NCBI GenBank assembly: GCA_965203125.1 | Contig: CBDBBL010000013.1 | Span: 18,383 to 82,382, forward strand | DNA: 64,000 nucleotides | Reading direction: 5' to 3' | From: Gammaproteobacteria bacterium | GTDB taxonomy: Bacteria > Pseudomonadota > Gammaproteobacteria > CBDBBL01 | In this document: positions 10,824-22,504 of the stretch, piece by piece | Numbering within the stretch: the first letter of the stretch is position 1 | How the letters are laid out: each line of letters opens with the position of its first letter | Made by a program: the position numbers and the translations under genes | Notes under the pieces: generated by a model | Databases searched by the model: none | What the model was told of the DNA's origin: nothing | Seen by the model: only the letters and a program-made list of their open reading frames with translations

Positions 10824-11786
10824 ATGAACAAAGACGCACTCACATTTCAAGACATTATCTTCACTTTACAAAAGTTTTGGTCACAGCAAGGCTGTCTTAT
10901 CCGCCAGCCTTATGACATCGAAATGGGTGCAGGCACCTTTCATCCTGCAACATTTCTAGGTGCTATTGGACCAGAGCCAAGTCGAGTTGCTTACGTTCAA
11001 CCCAGCCGTCGCCCAACCGATGGTCGTTATGGCGACAATCCGAACCGCGGGCAGCACTTTCATCAATTCCAAGTGCTACTCAAACCTTCTCCAGATAATA
11101 TTCAGGATCTATATCTCGACTCATTAAAAACACTCGGTATTGATCAACAAATCCATGATATTCGTTTTGTCGAAGACAACTGGGAATCACCCACATTAGG
11201 CGCATGGGGTCTTGGTTGGGAAGTTTGGCAAAATGGCATGGAAATTACACAGTTCACGTATTTTCAACAAGTAGGCGGTTTGAAATGCAAGCCTGTCAGT
11301 GGTGAAATCACTTATGGATTAGAGCGGATTGCCATGCAGTTGCAAAACAAAGATTCGATGTATGACATCGTGTGGCATTACGACCATGATGGCAACGAGA
11401 TTAAATATGGCGATCTCTTTTTACAAAATGAAAAAGAACTCTCCGCCTACAACTTTGAGCATGCTAACTGCGATTTGCTGTTTCCACAATTTGATCAACA
11501 AGAGTCTGAAGCATTAGCGTTGATTGAAAAACAATTACCATTACCTGCTTATGAATTGATCTTAAAAGCATCGCACACTTTTAACTTATTAGATGCCCGT
11601 GGTGTAATTTCTGTCACTGAGCGCCAAGCTTATATTTTACGTATCCGAAAATTGGCTTTCAAAATCGCTGAAAGTTATTACAAGATGCGTGAATCATTAG
11701 GCTTTCCTCTTCTTAAGGAAAACACAAAAAAACAACCGTCGCTACAAAAGGCAAGCGCACCACTGAAAGAGCTTGAAGGAACATGA
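10824..11786 (+). CDS. glyQ: glycine--tRNA ligase alpha subunit
   Basis: [48 protein letters not shown]. Confidence 0.97.
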   Translation: MNKDALTFQDIIFTLQKFWSQQGCLIRQPYDIEMGAGTFHPATFLGAIGPEPSRVAYVQPSRRPTDGRYGDNPNRGQHFHQFQVLLKPSPDNIQDLYLDSLKTLGIDQQIHDIRFVEDNWESPTLGAWGLGWEVWQNGMEITQFTYFQQVGGLKCKPVSGEITYGLERIAMQLQNKDSMYDIVWHYDHDGNEIKYGDLFLQNEKELSAYNFEHANCDLLFPQFDQQESEALALIEKQLPLPAYELILKASHTFNLLDARGVISVTERQAYILRIRKLAFKIAESYYKMRESLGFPLLKENTKKQPSLQKASAPLKELEGT

Positions 11787-13867
11787 AGATTTTCTCTTTG
11801 AAATTGGCACAGAAGAATTGCCACCAAAATCTCTACAAGCACTGAGCAAATCACTTGAAGAGAGTGTGACAAAACAACTTAAAGAGACTGGATTAACGCA
11901 TGGTGATATCGAGTCTTTCGCAACACCTCGACGGCTTGCTATTTTAGTACGAAAACTATCAACACAGCAGCCCATGCAATCCATAGAACGCAAAGGCCCT
12001 AGTGTTAAAGCTGCCTTTGATGCTGATGGCAACCCTAGCAAAGCACTGCAGGGGTTCTTGAAATCTTGCGACTGTGTTCAAGCTGATTTAAGCGACAGAA
12101 GAAACACCCAAAGGTAGCTGGTTGTTTTATCGTGCAGAAAAATCAGGTGAAAAAGCCGATCAATTATTACCTAGCATCATCACAACTGCATTAAAGCAAC
12201 TTCCTGTAGGAAAAATGATGCGCTGGGGTGATCATGATTACCAATTTGTTCGCCCTGTTAAGTGGGTGTTAATGTTGCTGGGTGATCAGGTGATTGATGC
12301 TGAGTTTTATGGACAAAAAACCTCCAATGTGACTTATGGGCATCGGGTAATGTCACCAGAGGGGATAGCAATTGAATCACCTAAAAAATATCAGAGTGCT
12401 TTATACAACAAAAAAGTTATTGCTAACTTTAAAACGCGTCAAAAAGAAATCACACCGAAAATAACCGATGTATTTCTTGATCAACGTCTTATCAATGAAG
12501 TAACAGCACTCACAGAGTGGCCTGTCGTGCTTGAGGGGGAATTTGATGAAAAGTTCTTGGAGCTACCACCTCAGCTGATTAACATTGCCATTAAATCTCA
12601 TCAGAAAAGTTTTCTTGTCAAAAAATCTATCAATAAAAATTCATCTAATATAACTAAATACGAAGCAACCAGCCGCTTCAGGTTTTTTGCAGACATTGAA
12701 AGTCAAAACACCTCAGCTGTTATTCATGGCAATGAAAAAGTTGTCAACGCGCGCTTAAATGATGCACTTTTCTTCTATCAACAAGACAAACAAAAATCAT
12801 TACATGACTATTTGCCCAAATTAGACAAAATGCTATTTCATCAAAAACTTGGTAGCTTGACAGACAAAACAAAACGGATCGTTGCTGTCAGCGAATGGGT
12901 TGCAACACAAATTGGTGCCGATATTGAAAAAGCCAAACGTGTAGCGCAATTATGCAAAGCATCACTCGCCACCAGCGTGATCTTTGAGTTCCCAGAATTA
13001 CAAGACATTATGGGGTTTTACTACGCACTTCCAAAAGAAGATGCTGAAATTGCTAATGCTATTTGCGAGCATTACTACCCAAAAGATGAACAAAGTGACG
13101 TGCCAGGATGCATGGGAACTCCTAAAGAACTTGCCAGCAGTGTCGCCATTGCCGACCGCATCGACACTTTGGTTGGATTGTTTGGTGTTAATGAGAAACC
13201 TACAGGCTCAAAAGACCCATTAGCATTACGGCGTGCAATGTTTAGTATTGTGCGTATCTGCATAGAAAACCAACTGAGCCTAAGCATTTCTGACTTAATT
13301 GATCAGGCATTAGAGCAGTTTGAAGTAAAGACACTGATCAACAAAAACACCAAAGCTGATTTACTCAATTTTCTCAGCGATCGCATTGAGAGTTATTACA
13401 TCAAACAGGATTATCATGTACATTCAATCCGCGCCATCATTCACAGCAATGGTGACAACAGCAATTTATACCACTTCAACCAACGCTTAACAGCGCTACA
13501 AGCACTACAAGAAAATGATTCCATACAAACACTTGCACAAATCAACAAGCGCGTTAAAAACTTGATTAGGAAAAACCCCATTGATCACCCAAAAGTAATC
13601 GCAACCCAACTACAAGAACCTGCTGAAAAAACATTATATAGCATGTTGCTAACTATAAAAGAGCAGGTCAGCTCATCATTACAAAAAAACAACTATGCAA
13701 ACGCTTTAGAACAATTGACCCAACTAGCAACGCCTTTAGCACAGTTTTTTGATCAAGTCATGGTGCTCACAGAAGACCAAGCATTACGCCACAACCGATT
13801 ATCAATACTTTACGAAACACAGCAATTACTGTTAAAAATTGCCGACTTCAGCTACCTCAATGAATAA
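11773..13867 (+). CDS. glyS: glycine--tRNA ligase beta subunit (apparent extra base at 12090-12091)
   Basis: [45 protein letters not shown]; deleting one A gives [15 protein letters not shown]. Confidence 0.92.
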
Positions 13868-13888
13868 CCCAAGCCATAAAGAGCACCC

Positions 13889-15124
13889 ATGAGCTATCAA
13901 CAAAGCGCCACATTACTTTCCAAACTCATCAGTGACGGGAAACCATTGCACTTTGATGCTTTGCCGCAACAAGATCGCCCTCGAGTCATGGCACAATGCT
14001 ATGGTGTTTGTCGCCAGTTCTTTTTACTCGATGCACAAGCTGATGCACTGCTACGTAAACCTTTCAAAGAAAAAGATAGCGATATTCTTGCAGTCTTATT
14101 GCTTGGTTTATATCAACTACAACACAGTGACAAACCTGACTACGCTATTTTATCCACCTGCGTTGAAACCTGTCGTCACCTCAAAAAACCATGGGCAACA
14201 GGCTTAATCAATGGCGTACTACGTAACTTTCTCAGGAATCCACCATCATTTGAAAGCAATGAAGAAATACAACTACAAGCCCCTGACTGGTTAATTGATA
14301 CGCTAAAAGAAACACACCCTCAAGATTATCAAACTATTTTAACAACACTCAATCAACCCGCGCCATTAACCTTACGCATTAATCGACAACAAACGACACG
14401 CAAATCCTATGCTACTTTGCTCTGCCAAGAAAACATCGAACATCACTTATGCGAACACAGTGCGGACGGCATTCGCTTAACTCAATTTCACCCCATCGAG
14501 ACACTACCCAGATTCAAAGAAGGCTGGTTTAGCATTCAAGATGAATCAGCACAACGGTGTATTGAGTGGGTTAATCCACAACCTAACCAGCGCATTCTAG
14601 ATGCCTGTAGCGCACCAGGAGGGAAATTGTGCCACTTACTTGAGCATGAACCCACCTTGCAAATAACAGCACTAGATATTCATCAACGACGATTACAAAC
14701 GGTACAAGAAAATTTGCAACGCTTACAACTTCCCGCTGTCAATTGCATCACCGCCGACGCAACCAATCTTGATTCATGGTGGGATGGGGAATTATTCGAT
14801 ACCGTTCTGCTGGATGCTCCGTGCTCTGCGTCCGGTGTAATCAAGCACCACCCTGATATTAAATTGCGTCTAACACTGGATGAAGTATCACGATTATGCC
14901 AGCAACAATCGACTTTATTAGATCGTTTATGGCAAACACTAAAACCCGGTGGAAAACTCGTTTATATGACCTGCTCTATACTTCTTCAAGAAAATACGGC
15001 ACAACTCAACCACTTTATCGACTCTCAAGCACCCGATGCAACCCTGAAAAACGATCTACAAATTCAGCCCTCTCAACAGCATGATGGCTTTTATTTTGCA
15101 TTACTCACCAAAAACCCTCGATGA
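13889..15124 (+). CDS. rsmB: 16S rRNA m5C967 methyltransferase
   Basis: NusB-like N-terminus, QDESAQ, DACSAPGGK, LLDAPCSASG..KHHPD, YMTCS. Confidence 0.93.
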   Translation: MSYQQSATLLSKLISDGKPLHFDALPQQDRPRVMAQCYGVCRQFFLLDAQADALLRKPFKEKDSDILAVLLLGLYQLQHSDKPDYAILSTCVETCRHLKKPWATGLINGVLRNFLRNPPSFESNEEIQLQAPDWLIDTLKETHPQDYQTILTTLNQPAPLTLRINRQQTTRKSYATLLCQENIEHHLCEHSADGIRLTQFHPIETLPRFKEGWFSIQDESAQRCIEWVNPQPNQRILDACSAPGGKLCHLLEHEPTLQITALDIHQRRLQTVQENLQRLQLPAVNCITADATNLDSWWDGELFDTVLLDAPCSASGVIKHHPDIKLRLTLDEVSRLCQQQSTLLDRLWQTLKPGGKLVYMTCSILLQENTAQLNHFIDSQAPDATLKNDLQIQPSQQHDGFYFALLTKNPR

Positions 15125-15702
15125 AACACTCAGCAAAACCACGCTGTTTTGGCAATCAAGCGGGGCAATCAAATTACGCTGACTATCATGACTATGAATG
15201 GGGCATTCCTGTTTATGACGATCGACTTCTCTTTGAAATGTTGAGCCTTGAAGGAGCTCAAGCAGGTCTGAGTTGGGAAACAGTACTCAAGAAACGTCAA
15301 GGTTATATCCAGGCATTCCATAACTTCGATGTGCAAAAAGTTTCCAATATGCCCACTGAAGAATTAGATCAACTTTGTCACAACCCTAATATCATCCGCC
15401 ATCGATTAAAGATCTATTCCGTGCGTAAAAATGCTCAAATATTCTTATCGATACAGCATGAATTTGGCTCATTTTCTGAATATTTATGGCAGTTTGTTAA
15501 TCACAAGCCCATCATTAATCATTGGGAAACTTTCGAGCATGTCCCCACCAAAACTCAGACCAGTGATTTAATCTCCAAAGATTTAAAAAAACGTGGCATG
15601 TCCTTTGTCGGATCAATCATTATTTATGCTTATATGCAAGCAGTTGGTTTGGTCTGCGACCATTTAACAACTTGTTGGCGCTACGGAATAACTAAAAAAT
15701 AA
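15121..15702 (+). CDS. tag: DNA-3-methyladenine glycosylase I
   Basis: YHDYEWG, LEGAQAGLSW, IIRHRLKI, AYMQAVG...DH...C. Confidence 0.95.
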   Translation: MKHSAKPRCFGNQAGQSNYADYHDYEWGIPVYDDRLLFEMLSLEGAQAGLSWETVLKKRQGYIQAFHNFDVQKVSNMPTEELDQLCHNPNIIRHRLKIYSVRKNAQIFLSIQHEFGSFSEYLWQFVNHKPIINHWETFEHVPTKTQTSDLISKDLKKRGMSFVGSIIIYAYMQAVGLVCDHLTTCWRYGITKK

Positions 15703-15971
15703 AGCGCCTGATTGATCCTAACATCATCCTGAGAATTTGCATGGAATGGTGGGCAAGCAGTTGAAATAAAAACTCATATAAATCAATGAACACTTATATG
15801 ATAGGCTTATATCTCACACAATTAGTGTTGAATATCTCAAAAATATGTGCATAATACCCTCTCTGCCATGATCAGCTAACATCCATACTACATGACGGTT
15901 AATATCCTGCAATGAAATTGGATTTTTTCAGGGTCATATTCTACAGACGGGAAAAGGAAAGGGGGGTTTTT

Positions 15972-16325
15972 ATGAATTACAGGCAAGTCATTTTTTCTAC
16001 GGTTATCGCATTATTTAGCGTCCATTGTTTCGCCGATGTTACATTAAATTTTAATAATAACAAAAGAACCACAGTTTCAATCCAACAACATGGAGAAAAA
16101 CTGCACCAGCTAATCGTCAATAAAGACAAAGAAAGCTCTATCAACCTACCTACTCTGAAAAAGGGTGGAATTATTAATATCGTAGTACAGCAAACTGGTA
16201 AACATCCTTATAAAATTACAAACTCATCTGATCAGCCATATAATGGCGGTATTAATATTGATTTAACCCACCAACACGTGCAAGTGATGTCATCTCATGC
16301 GCTAAAAATATCTCCAAAAAACTAA
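15972..16325 (+). CDS. putative exported small protein (117 aa)
   Basis: Signal peptide MNYRQVIFSTVIALFSVHCFA; purine-rich RBS; beta-rich pattern. Confidence 0.7.
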   Translation: MNYRQVIFSTVIALFSVHCFADVTLNFNNNKRTTVSIQQHGEKLHQLIVNKDKESSINLPTLKKGGIINIVVQQTGKHPYKITNSSDQPYNGGINIDLTHQHVQVMSSHALKISPKN

Positions 16326-16335
16326 AAACTACCTT

Positions 16336-17451
16336 GTGAATTCAGAAATAACCAAGCTAATCGCCAGCGTTATCAGCGGGCTAAGTAGCACCTCATCTGG
16401 GTACAACGCCGCCCAAAATACAGGGGCTGTTTTTAGTGATCTCAACACCGCAGTCGTTAACTTAGATATCTTGGGTATTCCATCATATACCGCAACTGCA
16501 AATACAGCAGAATTGCAAGCATTAGTGACGCCAGCATCTCCACCACCTCATGGTGTTCAGCAAGATCATCACACGGCATTTACTTTAAAAGCTCAACGGG
16601 TCATGAAGCATTGCCTCGCTGCGCTCACAACCGCACCTAAAACCAGTCTAGCAGCATTCGGCGGCTTGCCTTTCGCACCAACGGCTGAAAATCAAATCCT
16701 AGCGGGTTTTTGTGCTTTTGGTCAGTATTTTGTCAACTGCGCGAGTATTGACAAAACCTTAAGTAAAGTTGCTGAGTGGAAAAGCAATCAAAGTGGAGCA
16801 TCAGCAACTGACAGATCACAATTCACTGTCGGTGTTGCACTTGCGCTTGCACTTGCCTTTGCGATCTCTATTCCAGGAGCAATCTCTTCAACCGCGATGC
16901 TCGCAACCTCCTTGATATATGGCTACGATGCGTTGAATGGTCAGCTCACTACCTCACAACTGGCTCTCATCAGCGGCATTGGTACGGCACTATCTTTGCC
17001 AGTCATTGCTGGAATTACCAGAGGAATCATTAGCTTGTATCGCAATCTTTGGAGTTGCAAAGCGACTTTGTCACAGCGTTGGCGAGAAGGTCGCTACTGC
17101 ATTATTCCCCTGCTATTAACTCTAGTCATTGCTTATTATCGTTTTCAAACAGATTTTTTTATTACTTATAATGCCATTATCTACATCAACCAATGGATTA
17201 CAGGCAACTTAGGTAAAATCATCAACTACGATTCGATCATTAAAATTTGTTGCTGGATCATCAGCTTGTTAGGTGCAGGCCGTTCTATCAACAATTATGC
17301 AACCATCGACTACTTATTGACGCTTTTATTTCAATATGGCGATAAAGTATGGAGCTGGATTACTCAACACTGGAAAGAAAAGCCAATGTATCAGGAGCTC
17401 AATTCACCACCAGTATCGATGGCTGGGGACTATGCTGACGACATGGTTTAA
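16336..17451 (+). CDS. hypothetical multi-pass membrane protein
   Basis: 371-aa ORF with several hydrophobic segments in the C-terminal half; no family recognised. Confidence 0.7.
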   Translation: MNSEITKLIASVISGLSSTSSGYNAAQNTGAVFSDLNTAVVNLDILGIPSYTATANTAELQALVTPASPPPHGVQQDHHTAFTLKAQRVMKHCLAALTTAPKTSLAAFGGLPFAPTAENQILAGFCAFGQYFVNCASIDKTLSKVAEWKSNQSGASATDRSQFTVGVALALALAFAISIPGAISSTAMLATSLIYGYDALNGQLTTSQLALISGIGTALSLPVIAGITRGIISLYRNLWSCKATLSQRWREGRYCIIPLLLTLVIAYYRFQTDFFITYNAIIYINQWITGNLGKIINYDSIIKICCWIISLLGAGRSINNYATIDYLLTLLFQYGDKVWSWITQHWKEKPMYQELNSPPVSMAGDYADDMV

Positions 17452-17454
17452 CGC

Positions 17455-18588
17455 CTAACCCAACTGCTCTAATCGATCCAACCGCTCCCAAGGAAAGTCC
17501 AACTCATCACGACCAAAGTGCCCATAACTGGCGCTCTGCTGATAAATAGGCTTCAGTAAATCTAGTTGCTCAATAATCGTTTTAGGCCTTAAATCAAACG
17601 TATCTTTTACTCGTGCAATAATCTCAGCCTCAGATATCTTAGCCGTGCCAAACGTCTCAATATATACAGAGGTTGGCTCTGCCACACCAATGGCATAAGA
17701 AACCTGAATTTCACAGCGATCGGCTAATCCAGCAGCCACAATGTGCTTGGCAACATAACGCCCAGCATAAGCTGCAGAACGATCAACTTTTGTAGGATCT
17801 TTACCAGAGAAACAGCCTCCGCCATGGCGCGCCATACCACCATAGGTATCAACAATAATTTTGCGCCCAGTTAAACCACAATCACCCATTGGACCACCAA
17901 TGACAAAGCGCCCTGTAGGGTTAATAAAGTATTGTGTCTCTTTATTCAGCCATTTCTCAGGCAGTACAGGCTTGATAATTTCCTCCATCACCGCCTCTAC
18001 CAAATCATGGTGTGAAATATCAGGAGCATGCTGTGTTGACAAAACCACAGCATCTATTGCAATGGGCTTGTGATTGTCATCATAACGAAAAGTCACTTGG
18101 CTTTTTGCATCAGGTCGCAACCACGGCAAGACTTTATGATGTCGCAGTTCTGCTTGCCGTTTCACCAATTGATGCGCATAGGTGAGCGGTGCAGGCATCA
18201 AAACTTCAGTCTCATTAGTTGCAAAACCAAACATAATGCCTTGATCTCCAGCACCCGTTTCTTCTCCATCAACGCCCTGCGCAATATCTGGAGATTGCTT
18301 GCCAATAGAAGTTAACACCGCACAAGACTCATTATCAAAACCCATCGCTGCATCGGTATAACCAATCTCACCGATCACTTGTCGCGCAATGGCCTCAACA
18401 TCCACCCAAGCATCAGTAGTAATTTCACCAGCAACCAAAACCAGACCAGTTTTAACCATGGTTTCGCATGCAACACGTGCACGTGGGTCTTTCGCTAATA
18501 AACCATCTAATACTGCATCAGAAATTTGATCAGCAATTTTATCTGGGTGTCCTTCTGAAACGGATTCAGAGGTAAACTGGTAAGCCAT
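17455..18588 (-). CDS. metK: S-adenosylmethionine synthetase
   Basis: [43 protein letters not shown]. Confidence 0.98.
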   Translation of the reverse strand: MAYQFTSESVSEGHPDKIADQISDAVLDGLLAKDPRARVACETMVKTGLVLVAGEITTDAWVDVEAIARQVIGEIGYTDAAMGFDNESCAVLTSIGKQSPDIAQGVDGEETGAGDQGIMFGFATNETEVLMPAPLTYAHQLVKRQAELRHHKVLPWLRPDAKSQVTFRYDDNHKPIAIDAVVLSTQHAPDISHHDLVEAVMEEIIKPVLPEKWLNKETQYFINPTGRFVIGGPMGDCGLTGRKIIVDTYGGMARHGGGCFSGKDPTKVDRSAAYAGRYVAKHIVAAGLADRCEIQVSYAIGVAEPTSVYIETFGTAKISEAEIIARVKDTFDLRPKTIIEQLDLLKPIYQQSASYGHFGRDELDFPWERLDRLEQLG

Positions 18589-18630
18589 CACTCAACCGTT
18601 TGGTGTTTAAACTACCGAAATGCTATCATG

Positions 18631-18711
18631 GATACCCATCGCCTTTCAAGAAATTGATTTTTGACAGGCAGTGCGATAAACACGGGGTTTCACACAAAAT
18701 AACGGGGTATA
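18631..18711. repeat. short, internally deleted ERIC-like copy (81 bp)
   Basis: Left end GATACCCATCGCCTTTCAAGA matches E4 (24773) at 20/21 nt; degenerate right end AATAACG-GGGTATA. Confidence 0.65.
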
Positions 18712-18713
18712 TA

Positions 18714-18950
18714 ATGATCAATAAACAACATATTAAACAACTCGCCGAAGAATTATTCAGCAAACTGCCTGACTCTCTACAATATTCTCACCAAGCCTTA
18801 ATGGAAACTTTTCAGTCTGTATTGTCTAAATCTTTCCAAAAAATGGACTTGGTGACTCGTGAAGAATTTGATACTCAAGTCAAGCTGCTTCATCGATTGG
18901 AAGAAAAAATGATGGAACTGAATAAAACAAGCGGTGGAAAAAAATCATGA
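18714..18950 (+). CDS. ubiK: ubiquinone biosynthesis accessory factor UbiK (YqiC/BMFP)
   Basis: KMDLVTREEFDTQ motif; usual position upstream of comM. Confidence 0.85.
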   Translation: MINKQHIKQLAEELFSKLPDSLQYSHQALMETFQSVLSKSFQKMDLVTREEFDTQVKLLHRLEEKMMELNKTSGGKKS

Positions 18951-18956
18951 GGATTT

Positions 18957-20450
18957 ATGAGCTTTGCAACCGTCTTTTCCCGTTCATTAAACGGCATTCA
19001 ATCACCTTTAATCTCAATTGAAACTCATATTTCCAATGGTTTACCCAGCTTGTCTATTGTTGGACTACCTGAAACGACCGTCAAAGAAAGCAAAGACCGT
19101 GTTCGTAGCGCTATTTTAAATAGTCACTTTGAATTCCCTACTCGTCGCATTACGATTAATCTTGCTCCCGCTGATGTGCCTAAGCAAGGTAGTCGGTTCG
19201 ATTTAGCAATTGCGATTAGCATTTTAGCCGCTTCTGGACAAATACCCAACCAAGAACTCGATACCTATGAATTTGTGGGTGAGCTGAGTCTATCTGGAGA
19301 ACTGCGCTCATGCTTAGGGACACTACCACTGGCAATTGCCACTCAATCAGCTAAACGCAAACTCATTTTACCGCAAGACAATGCGCAAGAAGCCTGCTTA
19401 ATTGAGGGTGTTAATATTTACCCGGCAAGTTCTTTGCTACAAGTGTGTAATCACCTAGCTCAAAAGCAACCTATCCTCAACCAACAAGGTATACCACCTT
19501 TACATTCACCGTCTTTTCAACATGACATCAGTGACGTTAAAGGGCAAGCTCAAGCAAAACGCGCGCTAGAGATCGCCGCAGCAGGTCGTCATAATCTACT
19601 GATGTTTGGATCCCCTGGTATCGGAAAAACCATGCTAGCCAATCGACTACTCACCATTTTGCCTCAACTCAATAAAACTGAAGCGCTTGCCGCAGCCTCT
19701 ATTCAGTCTTTGCGCACCCCTATTTTAGCAGAACAATGGCAGCAACCTAGTTTCAGGGCACCCCATCATAGTGCATCAGCACCAGCTATTATTGGCGGCG
19801 GCAATCCACCACAACCTGGGGAAATCTCATTATCACATCAAGGTATTTTATTTCTTGATGAGCTTCCCGAGTTTAATCGGGTCGTATTAGAGGCATTGCG
19901 TGAACCACTGCAATCACATCATGTCACCATTTCTCGCGCTAAGCACAGCATGACATTCCCCGCAGATTTTCAGCTCATTGCGGCGATGAACCCATGCCCT
20001 TGTGGTTACCACCAAAGCAAAAGCAAAGACTGCTACTGTTCATCTATAGCTATTCAACGCTATCGTCAAAAGCTATCAGGTCCACTATTAGATCGAATTG
20101 ATTTACACGTCAGATTAACTGACTTAGGCCCTGAACTACTCCAACAGAAAACCTCAATCGATAACAGTGAGACTGTCAGAGAACGTGTTATCAAAGCACG
20201 CAGGTGCCAACTGAAGCGCAACGAATCATTACTCAATGCACGCTTGACACCCAAACAAATAGAACATAACTGTCAGTGTTCAGCACAAAGTAAGTTACTA
20301 TTGAATACTGCAATGGATAAGTTGAAATTGTCTGCCCGCGCTTACCATCGCACTCTCAGCGTCGCACGTACAATTGCAGATTTAGCAGATTCAGATATGA
20401 TTGAAGCCAATCATATTAGTGAAGCCTTGAGTTTTAGACAGCTAATATGA
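18957..20450 (+). CDS. comM: YifB/ComM family Mg-chelatase-like AAA ATPase
   Basis: VGLPETTVKESKDRVRSA, GSPGIGKTM, FRAPHHSAS, LFLDELPEF, AAMNPCPCG. Confidence 0.93.
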   Translation: MSFATVFSRSLNGIQSPLISIETHISNGLPSLSIVGLPETTVKESKDRVRSAILNSHFEFPTRRITINLAPADVPKQGSRFDLAIAISILAASGQIPNQELDTYEFVGELSLSGELRSCLGTLPLAIATQSAKRKLILPQDNAQEACLIEGVNIYPASSLLQVCNHLAQKQPILNQQGIPPLHSPSFQHDISDVKGQAQAKRALEIAAAGRHNLLMFGSPGIGKTMLANRLLTILPQLNKTEALAAASIQSLRTPILAEQWQQPSFRAPHHSASAPAIIGGGNPPQPGEISLSHQGILFLDELPEFNRVVLEALREPLQSHHVTISRAKHSMTFPADFQLIAAMNPCPCGYHQSKSKDCYCSSIAIQRYRQKLSGPLLDRIDLHVRLTDLGPELLQQKTSIDNSETVRERVIKARRCQLKRNESLLNARLTPKQIEHNCQCSAQSKLLLNTAMDKLKLSARAYHRTLSVARTIADLADSDMIEANHISEALSFRQLI

Positions 20451-20498
20451 TAGTGTATCGCTACCCCCTCGTCGTTCTTCGACTACACACAGAATGAC

Positions 20499-21944
20499 TT
20501 AGGAAGAACGCCCTTTAATCTCTCTCAAAACATCATAAATCAAATCAGGCATTTCAGCCGCTTGTGCTAACCAAAATGGCAAACGATCTTTGATTTTACA
20601 CAGCACTTGTTTAGGGTGTACTTCTGATTTCACCCAGCCTTCTAACAAAGGCTTTGCCGTAGTCCATAAATCAAGTTCAGGATATAACGTACGCCCCAAA
20701 CCTTCCACATGTAATAAGGTTTTCTGCAATAAAATCAATTGCGGTTGCACCTGCATATCAAAACGTTTAGCCACCTGAAATAACCGTAATAGCAACATGC
20801 CAAAAGAAATATCTTTTAACGGTCGTTCAAATATGGGTTCAGCAATAGACCTAATGGCACTTTCAAATTGTTCAATGCGTGTATTTGAATTGACCCACCC
20901 AGAATCAACATGTAACTGAGCTACTTTGTGATAATCGCGATTAAAAAAAGCAACCAAGTTTTCCGCTAAATAATATTGATCCTGCTTGTTCAACACACCC
21001 ATAATTCCAAAATCAATCGCCATATAAGTCACAGGAGATGTAGATACATCAACAAATACATTACCAGGGTGCATATCTGCATGAAAAAAACGATCTCGCA
21101 ATACTTGGGTAAAGAATATTTCAACCCCTCTCTCTGCCAGCTGTTTAAAATCAACCTGATGCGCTTTTAGCTGTTTAATATCATTGATCTGTATCCCATA
21201 GATACGTTCACTAACAAAGATGTTGCTATGACAATAGTCCCAGTAAACCGTGGGAACAAATAGTAAATTAGAATCTTTAAAATTACGCTTCAGTGTAGAC
21301 GCATTGGCTGCCTCACGCTGGAGATCAATCTCATCTAAAGTCGTTTGCCAAAATTCATCAATCACCGCTTTAGGCTTGAAACGACGAATGCTGGGAGATA
21401 ACCACTCAAACAACGTTGCTACCTTACGCATCCAACACATATCTCGATTAATCTGCTGTGCAATCTGTGGTCGCAATAACTTCACGATCACAGATTTCTT
21501 CTTACCATTGACCTCAATACTTGCCGTATGCACTTGTGCAATTGAAGCGCTCGCCAACGGTATCACTGAGAAATCTTCAAAAATTTCCGCCACTGGTTGC
21601 TGATAGGTTTTTTCAATCATCTGGATGGCTATTTCACCAGGGAACGGCGGCACTCGATCTTGTAAGTGACTCAGTGCATCAATAATATCCTCAGGAAACA
21701 AGTCATGTCGCGTTGATAAAGTTTGCCCAAATTTGATGGAAATAGGCCCCAGTCGTTCAAGTGTTTTACGTAAGCGTGTCCCACGATCTGTTTTTAGATT
21801 TGCTCTTTTATAAAACAAACAACAACTATAGTGCAATAATCTAAGCAAAGAACCTTTTCTGTCTCCCTTTTTTAGCACCTTGAGAAAATCAGCAAATAAC
21901 CCTGAACGCGCTAGAACAAAAAAGATAGTGAGTAGTCTTAACAT
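20499..21944 (-). CDS. ubiB: ubiquinone biosynthesis kinase-like protein UbiB
   Basis: IKFGQTLSTR, PLASASIAQVH, FFHADMHPGN, IDFGIMG. Confidence 0.95.
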   Translation of the reverse strand: MLRLLTIFFVLARSGLFADFLKVLKKGDRKGSLLRLLHYSCCLFYKRANLKTDRGTRLRKTLERLGPISIKFGQTLSTRHDLFPEDIIDALSHLQDRVPPFPGEIAIQMIEKTYQQPVAEIFEDFSVIPLASASIAQVHTASIEVNGKKKSVIVKLLRPQIAQQINRDMCWMRKVATLFEWLSPSIRRFKPKAVIDEFWQTTLDEIDLQREAANASTLKRNFKDSNLLFVPTVYWDYCHSNIFVSERIYGIQINDIKQLKAHQVDFKQLAERGVEIFFTQVLRDRFFHADMHPGNVFVDVSTSPVTYMAIDFGIMGVLNKQDQYYLAENLVAFFNRDYHKVAQLHVDSGWVNSNTRIEQFESAIRSIAEPIFERPLKDISFGMLLLRLFQVAKRFDMQVQPQLILLQKTLLHVEGLGRTLYPELDLWTTAKPLLEGWVKSEVHPKQVLCKIKDRLPFWLAQAAEMPDLIYDVLREIKGRSS

Positions 21945-22504
21945 AAAGCATCCACTTGATATTGCAATTGACGAATACGCTGAGAAAAATCAGTAAAAGC
22001 AGCTTGTTGTGGTAACAAGCCAATTTCTAGCTGAATATATTGCAACAACTGATCAATCCAGTATTTACGCCCACTTTTCACTTGTCCACAAACTTGGTTG
22101 AATGTCGTAGTCATCACTTCTGTTGCTGTATCTCCAATACAGCTTGCCAACAAATTCCCCCATGGCACTTGATGACGTTGTAGTAAAGCAGCAAATTTTG
22201 TCGCCAGCTTTAAATCTCCTGTCATCGAAAGTTCTTTGCTCACTGGCGTTTTACTGCCTACCCATTGATTCACGCAATAGTTCGCTGTCATTGCAATCGT
22301 TGCATCAGCATCTTCCGTGCGTTGAGACAATAGTTGATAGCGATCCGAGTGAATCACAATCGTATAGCTAATACTTAAATCTGTAATCTGCAAGCATACT
22401 TTTGCTGGTGCCAATAATTTAATCGCACGATCTATTTCATCATCTAAAACAAAATAACGATTACAACACTGCTCGACCCCGGCAGTGATTAGCTTCTTAA
22501 TCAT
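21938..22504 (-). CDS. ubiJ: ubiquinone biosynthesis accessory factor UbiJ (SCP2 domain)
   Basis: Lies between ubiE and ubiB; GD..LA..F..LL, L...IGD and YIQLE..LLP patterns. Confidence 0.75.
   Translation of the reverse strand: MIKKLITAGVEQCCNRYFVLDDEIDRAIKLLAPAKVCLQITDLSISYTIVIHSDRYQLLSQRTEDADATIAMTANYCVNQWVGSKTPVSKELSMTGDLKLATKFAALLQRHQVPWGNLLASCIGDTATEVMTTTFNQVCGQVKSGRKYWIDQLLQYIQLEIGLLPQQAAFTDFSQRIRQLQYQVDALC

Noticed and set aside
12085-12125. Programmed frameshifting in glyS or polA
   Set aside because: No slippery heptamer or stimulatory structure seen; the same-direction single-base pattern across unrelated genes points to sequencing error.
18589-18713. SAM riboswitch upstream of metK, and a parS-like GTTTCAC at about 18687
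   Set aside because: The region is explained by the short ERIC-like copy; no riboswitch core recognised and only half a parS palindrome.
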